From contig NC_013202.1 of assembly GCF_000023965.1 (NCBI RefSeq), forward strand, positions 2,010,001 through 2,042,000: 32,000 nucleotides of DNA, given 5' to 3'. Positions 1 through 7,209 of this stretch are shown one piece after another (positions within the stretch are counted from its first letter, which is position 1; each line of letters begins with the position of its first letter). Origin of the DNA: Halomicrobium mukohataei DSM 12286 (lineage in GTDB: Archaea; Halobacteriota; Halobacteria; Halobacteriales; Haloarculaceae). The notes under the pieces were generated by a model that had not been told where the DNA came from, searched no databases, and saw only the letters and a program-made list of their open reading frames with translations. The position numbers and the translations under genes were made by a program.

Positions 1-244
1 GCTCGGGAAACAGCGGATCGAGCTCGTCGTCGATCCGGCGAGCCACCTGCGATCCCACGCCCTGCACGTCGTAGGGGTTCTTGGCGTAGGTCTTGAGCTG
101 GAAGACGCCGGCAGCCGGGTGGCCGATGTAGAGGTCTTCGCCGATGCCGCTCGCGCGGTCGCCGCCGACGGCCCGCCAGCCACCGGGATCGGCGTTCGAT
201 TCGACCACGTCTTCGAGGATGTCGTCCCACTCACGAACGCGCAT
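1..244 (-). CDS. conserved hypothetical protein, N-terminal 81 codons only (gene runs off the window start)
   Basis: Absent from the ORF track because no stop lies in the window. The reverse complement of 244..2 reads MRVREWDDILEDVVESNADPGGWRAVGGDRASGIGEDLYIGHPAAGVFQLKTYAKNPYDVQGVGSQVARRIDDELDPLFPE without a stop. Composition is acidic and third codon positions are GC-rich. A TATA-like GTATTTTC (minus strand, 268-275) lies about 28 nt upstream of the ATG. No family recognised. Confidence 0.55.
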   Translation of the reverse strand, partial: MRVREWDDILEDVVESNADPGGWRAVGGDRASGIGEDLYIGHPAAGVFQLKTYAKNPYDVQGVGSQVARRIDDELDPLFPE

Positions 245-411
245 GGAGCCCGTTTGGGGGCGGTTCTGAAAATACCCTTCGGTCGGTCCGATCGCCGGCT
301 GGACCGGGGATTTCTTTGCACCCGAATCCGAGACGTGCAATAGAGCAGTCGTCCGCCGTCTCGCCGGGCCGCCCGGCTGCCCTCCCCGCGCGGCGGCGAC
401 CCACTGAGACC

Positions 412-2196
412 ATGGTCCCTACGCACCGCACCGCCGCCCGGACGAACGCCCCGACCCGACAGCTCCTGATCGTGGCGACGTGTGTCGTCGGCCTCCTCGT
501 CGCCGCAGCCGCCATGCCAGCCACGGCACCACAGCCGACGCCCCCGGAGTTCCTGAGCGGGGAGTCGGACTGCCAGATCCTCTTCTCCGAGGATCCGGTC
601 GCCGGACACGAACTCACCACGACGGTCCTGTACGACGAGGAGCCGGTGTCGGACTCACCGGTGTGGTTCAACGGCGAACGCGTCGGCCGGACCGACGAGG
701 ACGGACGGGTCGTCGGCACCGTCCCCTACGAGCAGACCCTGCAGGTCCGGGTTGAACTGCCCGGCGGGGGCAGCTGTGAGGCCAGCATCGACACCGGCGA
801 CTCGGACGCGCCGCTGAAGACCGTCGACCGATCCGGCCTCGGTGTCGCCGCCCTCGACGGCGTGGCCCAGCAACAGGCTCAGAACGGGTCGGGCGCGTAC
901 CCGGTCCGTGGCCGGATCGATCTCTCGGTCGACGAACAGCCCTACCCCGGCGAGACGACGACGCTGCGGGCGACGATCCAGGGCAACCCCGTGGCCGACG
1001 CGACGGTGTCGGTCGACGGACGGACGATCGGACGGACCGACGCAGACGGCACGATCGAGATTCGCGCGCCGATCGAGGGCGACCGGACGCTCACCGTCCA
1101 CGTCGAACGGGGGGCCTTCGAACGCGAGACCGAGATCGTCGTCCTCCGCCTCGACGCGACGATACGGACCGACGCACTGCTCGCGCTGCCGGGGCAGAAC
1201 GCGACGGTCGTCGCCCGGCTCGGCGACCGCCCGGCGGTCAACGCCACGGCGCTGGTCGGCGGCGAGCGACTGGGTCGAACGGACGCGGACGGCCACGTCG
1301 AGATGACGCTTCCGGCCGACCCGACGGCACGGCTCACCGTCGCGACGGCCGATCAGGTGGCCACCACGCCGGTCCTGTTGGCGTTCGCGCCGACGATCCT
1401 GCTGACCGTCCTCGCCGTCCTCGCGCTCGTCGGCGTGCCGGCGGCCGGCTACTCGATCGCCGGTCGTCGCGGTGTGGCGATCGGCTCCGGCGTCGCCGTC
1501 AGCGTCCTGGCGCTCGCGTACGTGTTTCTCCGCTTTGGCCGCACGATCGCACTGCTGGGGTCGCTGGCGCTGCTGGCGGTCGTCGGACTCGTCGCCTTCC
1601 TCCGGAGCGACTACAGCGCGGTCGAGGCGGCCCGAGCGACCGCCGGCTGGTTCCGCCGTCTCGGCCGCCGACTGGCCTCCGACGGCCTGTGGCTGTCCGG
1701 GCGACTCGAAGCTGCCGTCGGGAGCCTCGAACGCCGTCTCCGGCGTCTGTGGGACCGACTGATGGGTCCAGACGCGACGCCGCTCGCGGACGCCGGCCGC
1801 TGGCTCACGTCGCTTCCCGCCCGCCTGCTCGCGCTCGTCCGCGCTCTCGCCCGCGGGCCGAGCTGGCTAGGTGCCGACGAGAGCGACCGCGACGACCTCG
1901 CGGGCGAATCCGGAGACGCGGACGACGAGACGACGCTCTCGCGGCGCGCACAGTTCCGCCGCGTGTGGCGTGCGTTCGCCGGTCGGGTCGCCCCCGAGAC
2001 GTGGCCCCGGCGCACGGCCGGCGAGGTCTCCCGTCGGGCGATCGATCGCGGCCTCTCGCCCGAGCCGGTCCGCGAACTGACCGACACGTTCCGGGCCGTC
2101 GAGTACGGCGACGAGTCGCTCACCGACGGACAGGTAGCGCGGGCTCGCGCGGCCCTGGAGGAGATCCGCGACGACTCCGAGGGGGGGTCGGCGTGA
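412..2196 (+). CDS. membrane protein with N-terminal signal/anchor, three Ig-like GRTD(E/A)DG repeats, a TM block and a C-terminal DUF4129-like domain (first gene of the MoxR operon)
   Basis: In frame with track ORF 316..2196, trimmed to ATG 412 (MVPTHRTAARTNAPTRQLLIVATCVVGLLVAAAAMPATA, basic n-region plus hydrophobic core). Three internal repeats are present. Hydrophobic helices span about aa 330-410. The C-terminus (PETWPRRTAGEVSRRAIDRGLSPEPVRELTDTFRAVEYGDESLTDGQVARARAALEEI) looks like DUF4129. Its stop overlaps the next start (GTGA at 2193-2196). Confidence 0.8.
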   Translation: MVPTHRTAARTNAPTRQLLIVATCVVGLLVAAAAMPATAPQPTPPEFLSGESDCQILFSEDPVAGHELTTTVLYDEEPVSDSPVWFNGERVGRTDEDGRVVGTVPYEQTLQVRVELPGGGSCEASIDTGDSDAPLKTVDRSGLGVAALDGVAQQQAQNGSGAYPVRGRIDLSVDEQPYPGETTTLRATIQGNPVADATVSVDGRTIGRTDADGTIEIRAPIEGDRTLTVHVERGAFERETEIVVLRLDATIRTDALLALPGQNATVVARLGDRPAVNATALVGGERLGRTDADGHVEMTLPADPTARLTVATADQVATTPVLLAFAPTILLTVLAVLALVGVPAAGYSIAGRRGVAIGSGVAVSVLALAYVFLRFGRTIALLGSLALLAVVGLVAFLRSDYSAVEAARATAGWFRRLGRRLASDGLWLSGRLEAAVGSLERRLRRLWDRLMGPDATPLADAGRWLTSLPARLLALVRALARGPSWLGADESDRDDLAGESGDADDETTLSRRAQFRRVWRAFAGRVAPETWPRRTAGEVSRRAIDRGLSPEPVRELTDTFRAVEYGDESLTDGQVARARAALEEIRDDSEGGSA

Positions 2197-3107
2197 ACCG
2201 CCTCGCCGTCGGCGGCGGTGTCGCGTCGATCCTCCTCGGAGTCGCCGCGCTCGCGGCCGGCGTTCCGGAGACGGCGGAGACGATCGTCGCCAGCGCCGTC
2301 GCGCTGCTCGCGATCTTCGGCGTCGGCGTGGCGCTCTGGAAGCTGCTCGCCTCGCCGGGCGGTGACGGGCTGGCCCTGCCGCCGCCGTGGACCGACGACG
2401 GCGCGCTCTTCGACCGCGCGCCGGAGCGGAGCCGCGGCGAGGACGCCCTTTCGGGCGAGTCCTTCGGGGCCGTCCTCGCGGACGCCGGTCAGACGGCGCG
2501 CTCCGAAGGGACGGTCGAGGCCGGCTACGACACCGTTCGGCCGGTTCTCAGGCGCGCGCTCGTCGACGCGCTGGTGATCCGAGAGGGCGATCGAGCCGCC
2601 GTCGAGGAGTCGCTGGCTGCTGGGAGCTGGACCGACCACCAGATCGGGGCCGCCGTGCTCGATCCGGGCGTCGATCCGCCCCCGCGTTCGCTGCGAGCCC
2701 GGATCGAGGCCTGGCTCTTCCCGGAGCGCGTCGTCAGGCGACACCTCCAGATCGCCGTCCAGGCCGTCGCAGAGGCGGCCGACGACGCGGTGCCGACGGT
2801 GCCGGGCCAGAACGCGTCCCGCTCGGTCCCGGTCAGCCAGCCCCGACTCGAAGACCTCCAGCGCGGCGTCGACGGCACCGTCCAGCGCGCTGTCGATCCG
2901 CTGGCGACCGCCCGCGGCCCGCGACCACCCGGTAGCGAGGCCCGCGGGGTCGCGGTCGGTGTCGAGCCGGCCGACGCGGACGGCGACGCAGAGGTCGACG
3001 AAAGCGCCGAGCCAGTCGACGACGCCGACGAGCCGGCCCGAGAATCCGACGGGAGCGGGGACGCCGGAGAGCGGGACCGCTTTGCCACGGACGGTGGTGC
3101 GCGATGA
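2193..3107 (+). CDS. small membrane protein with two N-terminal TM helices and an acidic C-terminal tail (MoxR operon gene 2; family not assigned)
   Basis: GTG at 2193 overlaps the upstream TGA (2194-2196). The product starts VNRLAVGGGVASILLGVAALAAG...IVASAVALLAIFGVGVALWKLL and ends in a D/E-rich tail. Its stop overlaps the DUF58 ATG (ATGA at 3104-3107). The upstream part of track ORF 1689..3107 lies inside gene 1 in another frame and was rejected. Confidence 0.7.
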   Translation: MNRLAVGGGVASILLGVAALAAGVPETAETIVASAVALLAIFGVGVALWKLLASPGGDGLALPPPWTDDGALFDRAPERSRGEDALSGESFGAVLADAGQTARSEGTVEAGYDTVRPVLRRALVDALVIREGDRAAVEESLAAGSWTDHQIGAAVLDPGVDPPPRSLRARIEAWLFPERVVRRHLQIAVQAVAEAADDAVPTVPGQNASRSVPVSQPRLEDLQRGVDGTVQRAVDPLATARGPRPPGSEARGVAVGVEPADADGDAEVDESAEPVDDADEPARESDGSGDAGERDRFATDGGAR

Positions 3108-4414
3108 GCCGGCAGTCGACGCGCTGGCGGGCGACGGTGGCGGCTGCGACGCTGTTCGCTGCGGCCGGGCTCGTGGCCCGCAGCGGCGCGTTACTCCTCG
3201 CCGCGGTCGTTCCGCTGGTGTATCTCGCGTACTCGCTGGTCACGAGCGGTCCCGGTTCGGTCTCGCTCTCGGTCACTCGCCACGTCGAGCCGGAGCTGTC
3301 GCCGCCGGGGACGCCGGTCCACGTCACGCTCGAACTGACCAACGAGGGCGACCGGCCGGTGTCCGACCTCCGCGTCGTCGACGCCGTCCCGGCGGACCTG
3401 GCGGTGACGCGTGGCTCTCCTCGGACGGGCGTGGCGCTCGAAGCCGGCGCGACGACGACGATAGAGTACGTGCTGATCGCTCGCCGCGGCGTCCACGAGT
3501 TCGAACCCCCGCGCGTCAGGGTCCGGAGCCTCGGGGGCACGAGCGTCACGACGCTGCGCCCGACTGTGTCGGGCGACACACGGCTCGTCTGCCGCCTCGA
3601 CGCGGACGCGCCACCGATCGACGACCAGGGCGCGCAGTTCGTCGGCGACCTGACGACCGACGAACCGGGCGAGGGACTCACCTTCCACTCGACTCGGGAG
3701 TACCGGCGCGGCGACGACGCGCGCCGGATCGACTGGCGGACGTACGCCAAGACCGGCGAGCTGACGACGATCGACTACGAGCGCCGCCGGGCGGCCTCGG
3801 TCGTCCTCGTCGTCGACGCTCGCCGCATCAGTCGCGTCTCGGCGGGTCCCGGCCGACCCACGGCCGTCGAACTGTCCGCCTACGCGGCGACCCACGCGGT
3901 CACCGACTTCGTCGCCAGCGGTCACGACGTCGGCGTCGCGGTGATCGGAGCCGACGGTCCGGGGCCGGCCGGACTCCACTGGCTGGCCCCCGAGAGCGGC
4001 GACGGGCAGCGGTCCCGAGCGATCGATTACTTCCGGACGGCGACGGAGGTGACCGGCGGCGCGCCCGACATCGACCGCCAGCTGGCCGAGCTGCTCGACC
4101 TGGTACCGCCGGGCGCACAGCTGGCACTGTTCTCGCCACTGCTCGACGATCTGCCCGTCGAGGCCGTACAGGCGTGGCGCTCGCAGGGGTACCCCGCCGT
4201 CGTCCTCTCGCCGGACGTGGTGACGGACAACACCGTCGGCGGACAGTTCGAACAGGTCCAGCGGTACACGCGACTGGCTCGCTGTCAGGCGACCGGCGCG
4301 CGCGCGACGGACTGGCGACGGGGGACGCCGCTCCCGATGGCGCTGGCGTACGCGTTCGCGGCCGACGCACGGCTGCCGAGTCAGCGTCCGACCGGCACTG
4401 GGGGGGTCCCGTAG
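3104..4414 (+). CDS. DUF58 domain-containing protein (VWA-like MoxR partner)
   Basis: 436 aa with an N-terminal TM pair (ATVAAATLFAAAGLV..., LLLAAVVPLVYLAYSLV). Carries the diagnostic DUF58 block FHSTREYRRGDDARRIDWRTYAKTGELTTIDYERRRAASVVLVVDAR. Sits immediately upstream of a MoxR ATPase, as DUF58 genes usually do. Confidence 0.9.
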   Translation: MSRQSTRWRATVAAATLFAAAGLVARSGALLLAAVVPLVYLAYSLVTSGPGSVSLSVTRHVEPELSPPGTPVHVTLELTNEGDRPVSDLRVVDAVPADLAVTRGSPRTGVALEAGATTTIEYVLIARRGVHEFEPPRVRVRSLGGTSVTTLRPTVSGDTRLVCRLDADAPPIDDQGAQFVGDLTTDEPGEGLTFHSTREYRRGDDARRIDWRTYAKTGELTTIDYERRRAASVVLVVDARRISRVSAGPGRPTAVELSAYAATHAVTDFVASGHDVGVAVIGADGPGPAGLHWLAPESGDGQRSRAIDYFRTATEVTGGAPDIDRQLAELLDLVPPGAQLALFSPLLDDLPVEAVQAWRSQGYPAVVLSPDVVTDNTVGGQFEQVQRYTRLARCQATGARATDWRRGTPLPMALAYAFAADARLPSQRPTGTGGVP

Positions 4415-5947
4415 ATGGCGCTGTTCGGTCCCCGTCTCGATCGGCCGAGCGCCCTCGGCGACGAGGGGCGGCCGCGGGCGACGAGTCTGACGATCGCGTC
4501 CGTGCTGGTCTTCGGGCTGTTCGTCGTCGCGACGACCTGTCCGTGGAACTACGGCCTCCGGTTCGACGGGCTGGTCCCGTCGCTGATCGTCCCCGCCTGC
4601 GCCCGGCTGGGTCGGCTGACACTCGCTTTCGGCACCGTCACCGGGCTACTGACCGCCGGACTCGCGCTGCTGACCCGCGAGCGGTTCGTGTCGCTGTTCG
4701 TCGGGCAGATCTGCTTCCTGCCGGCCGGTGCGGCGCTGTTGGCCGGTCTCACGGCGCTGCTGGTCACCAGCCCGGCCTACGGCGTCTTCTTCGGCGGCTT
4801 CGCCGTGGCACTGGTCGCGCTCGGGAGCACGTGGACGGACACGACCAGTGCGTCGGCCGTCCGCCCGGCGCTGTTCCAGGAGGGGCTGACCTACCTCTCG
4901 ATGGTCGGCTGGGGGATCGTCGTGCTCGTGCTCGGCGGAGCCGCCCTGCTCGTTCGCGCTGTGGTCGGTCCGGCCGGGAGCGGCTCGGATCCGACCGCGG
5001 CGCTCTCGACGTTCCTCGTCGTCGTCTTCGTCGGCGTCCTCTCCGTCCGACTGGGGCTGCGCTGGCTGCCGATCCGACAGCTCACGCCCCGAAAGCGCCG
5101 TGGAGCCGTCGACAGACGACTCGGACAGCTCAGACGCGCCACGACCGTGGTCCTGATCGGCACCCTCGTCGCCGTGCTCTGTGTTCTCCCCGCCTGGTTC
5201 CTGGGGTGGTTCGACGCGGTGTACGCGCTCTTCCCGCCAGCCCGACTGCTCTTTCCCGTGCTCGCGACGCCGATCCCGGTCGTCGCCGTCCTCGGCGTCG
5301 GCGTGGTGACGCTCGCGCTCGGAGTGGGCGCGCTCGCGCTGCGCCGGCTGACCCGCCCGGTCGACACGACGGCGAACCGCTTGCTTGCGCCTGTCGCGGC
5401 GGGGCTGGTGCTCGTGCTCGGATTCCTCCCTTTCGCCCTGTCGCTGATCCCGGTGCCCGGCGGCGCACCGCCCATCGTCCTCGTGGCGTTCCTGGTGCTT
5501 GGCCCGATCGCGCTCTACCTGCTTGGCTGGACGCTCGTCGCCGCGCAGTACCTCTCCCTGGTCCCCGAGCGCGCTGGCGGCCCGGCGCTCGCGGCCGGCG
5601 GGATGGTCCTCGCCACGATCGGCGCGGCCCTCACCGGGGTGCCGACGCCGCTCGTCCTCGCGACGGCCGTGGTCGCGATGGTCGTCTGGGACGTGTCCTC
5701 GTTCGGGCTGGGTGTCACCGCCGAACTGGGCCACCTCCCCGAGACGAGACGGCTGGAGCTGTTCCACGCCGTCGTCGCGGTCGCTCTCGGCGCGGCCGCG
5801 GTGCTCTCGCTGAGCCTGCTCGACGTGGTGCGTACGTCGCTGGCCGGCGAGGTCGCGGCGACCGTCGCGGCCGCGCTGGCCGTCTTCGGCGTCCTGGTGT
5901 TACTGACGCCGCTGCGGGGATACGTCGCCGGGGAAGGGAGAGATTGA
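4415..5947 (+). CDS. polytopic integral membrane protein (10 or more predicted TM helices), MoxR operon gene 4
   Basis: The ATG at 4415 directly abuts the DUF58 TAG (4412-4414). The 510-aa product is almost entirely hydrophobic Leu/Val/Ala/Gly helices separated by short Arg-containing loops. Its stop TGA (5945-5947) overlaps the MoxR ATG (5947). No named family recognised. Confidence 0.75.
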   Translation: MALFGPRLDRPSALGDEGRPRATSLTIASVLVFGLFVVATTCPWNYGLRFDGLVPSLIVPACARLGRLTLAFGTVTGLLTAGLALLTRERFVSLFVGQICFLPAGAALLAGLTALLVTSPAYGVFFGGFAVALVALGSTWTDTTSASAVRPALFQEGLTYLSMVGWGIVVLVLGGAALLVRAVVGPAGSGSDPTAALSTFLVVVFVGVLSVRLGLRWLPIRQLTPRKRRGAVDRRLGQLRRATTVVLIGTLVAVLCVLPAWFLGWFDAVYALFPPARLLFPVLATPIPVVAVLGVGVVTLALGVGALALRRLTRPVDTTANRLLAPVAAGLVLVLGFLPFALSLIPVPGGAPPIVLVAFLVLGPIALYLLGWTLVAAQYLSLVPERAGGPALAAGGMVLATIGAALTGVPTPLVLATAVVAMVVWDVSSFGLGVTAELGHLPETRRLELFHAVVAVALGAAAVLSLSLLDVVRTSLAGEVAATVAAALAVFGVLVLLTPLRGYVAGEGRD

Positions 5948-7149
5948 TGGGGGCGGGCGACGAGCCACCGCGCATGGTCCACCATTCCGGCGGCGACACG
6001 GTCGAAGATGGAGCTCAGACCTGCCTCTCCGTCGTCGAGCGTATCGAGGAAGCCGCCGTCGTCGAGCGCACTGTCCTCCACGAAGTCCTGTCTGCCGTCC
6101 TCGCGAAGGGACACGTCCTGCTGGAGGACGTGCCCGGCACCGGCAAGACGGTCACTGCCCGCGTCCTCGCAGAGGCGCTCGGCCTTGAGTTCACCCGCAT
6201 CCAGTTCACGCCGGACCTGCTGCCGGCGGACGTGACCGGCTCGAACGTCTACAACGAACACGAAGGGACCTTCGAGTTCTCCCCGGGACCGATCTTCGCC
6301 AACGTCGTGCTGGCCGACGAGATCAACCGCGCGCCGCCCAAGACCCAGTCGGCGCTGCTGGAGGCCATGGAGGAGGGACAGGTCAGCGTCGACGGGACGA
6401 CACACGAGCTGCCCGACCCCTTCGTCGTCGTGGCGACCCAGAATCCGATCGAACAGGAGGGGACCTTCCGACTGCCCGAGGCACAGCGAGACCGCTTCAG
6501 CGTCAAGACCTCGCTGGGGTACCCCTCGGTCGACGGCGAGATGGAGCTACTCGACCGGCGAGCGAAGCGCCGGACACTCGCCCCGAGCGTCGAGCCGGTG
6601 ATCGAGGAGGCCACCGTCCGCGAGCTACAGGACCTCGCCGAGGACGTCTCGGTTCGGGTCCCGGTCCGACGGTACATCGTCGACATCGCCCGAGAGACGC
6701 GGGCCGACGAGCGATCCGAGGTCGGCGTCTCTCCCCGTGGCGTCCAGCGGGTGTTCGAGGCGGCGCGTGCCAGCGCCGTCCTCGCGGGTCGGGACTACGT
6801 CGTCCCGGACGACGTGAAACGCCTCGCCGTGGCGACGATGGCCCACCGGGTCGTGCTCTCGACGAACGCCACTGTCGAGGGCACCGAGGCCGCCGATGTC
6901 GTCCGCGACGCGCTGGACCGCGTCGAGGTGCCGGCCGTCTCGCCCGACGCCCCCGACTCGGACGCCGGAGCAGACGAGTCGGCCGCGGAGTCCCCGGAAG
7001 GGTCCGCCGAGACGACGCCCGCGACCGAGCAGGCGACCAACGGCCACGAGGAGCCGTCCGGCGACGTGTCGACGGACGCGCCCGCTCCAGACTCGACGAC
7101 GACCGACGGCGACGCAGAGCCCGACGGATCGGACGACGACCTGTTTTGA
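5947..7149 (+). CDS. moxR: MoxR-family AAA+ ATPase with a long acidic C-terminal tail
   Basis: C-terminal 400 aa of track ORF 2959..7149. Walker A is LLEDVPGTGKTVTARVLAEAL and Walker B is VVLADEINRAPPKTQSALLEAMEEGQV. Sensor region is VVATQNPIEQEGTFRLPEAQRDRF. The C-terminal lid is VSPRGVQRVFEAARASAVLAGRDYVVPDDVKRLA. The start was chosen for its TGATG overlap with gene 4; ATG 5974 is an alternative. Confidence 0.93.
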   Translation: MGAGDEPPRMVHHSGGDTVEDGAQTCLSVVERIEEAAVVERTVLHEVLSAVLAKGHVLLEDVPGTGKTVTARVLAEALGLEFTRIQFTPDLLPADVTGSNVYNEHEGTFEFSPGPIFANVVLADEINRAPPKTQSALLEAMEEGQVSVDGTTHELPDPFVVVATQNPIEQEGTFRLPEAQRDRFSVKTSLGYPSVDGEMELLDRRAKRRTLAPSVEPVIEEATVRELQDLAEDVSVRVPVRRYIVDIARETRADERSEVGVSPRGVQRVFEAARASAVLAGRDYVVPDDVKRLAVATMAHRVVLSTNATVEGTEAADVVRDALDRVEVPAVSPDAPDSDAGADESAAESPEGSAETTPATEQATNGHEEPSGDVSTDAPAPDSTTTDGDAEPDGSDDDLF

Positions 7150-7180
7150 GACGGCCGCCGGCCCACCCCGACCGACAGCG

Positions 7181-7185
7181 TTTTT
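7181..7185 (+). terminator. possible archaeal oligo-T terminator after the MoxR operon
   Basis: A TTTTT run lies 32 nt after the MoxR stop within GC-rich sequence (...cgacagcgTTTTTcggcc...). Archaeal termination commonly uses T tracts. Weak evidence, because the next CDS starts only 25 nt later. Confidence 0.3.
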
Positions 7186-7209
7186 CGGCCTGCCCGCCAG
7201 GCTCCGTGC

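Noticed and set aside
316-411. Track start (ATG 316) for the first operon gene
   Set aside because: The extra 32 aa (MHPNPRRAIEQSSAVSPGRPAALPARRRPTET) precede a much better signal/anchor beginning at ATG 412. They would also crowd the divergent promoter region of the gene ending at 244. I kept this as an alternative only.
3497-3510. tRNA T-arm-like string GAGTTCGAACCCCC
   Set aside because: It lies inside the DUF58 coding frame (HEFEPP). No acceptor or anticodon stems can be built around it.
1611-5767. Series of minus-strand ORFs (1611..2744, 2833..3750, 3191..3979, 3900..4622, 4646..5767) across the MoxR operon
   Set aside because: All are Arg/Ser/Pro-rich and antisense to the coupled plus-strand genes. 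None carries a domain signature.
2959-7149. Giant 1396-aa ORF in the track
   Set aside because: The first roughly 1000 aa are Arg/Pro/Gly/Ala-rich nonsense. They overlap the well-supported DUF58 and polytopic membrane genes in other frames. Only the last 400 aa (from ATG 5947) carry MoxR motifs. Long stop-free off-frame stretches are expected at this GC content.
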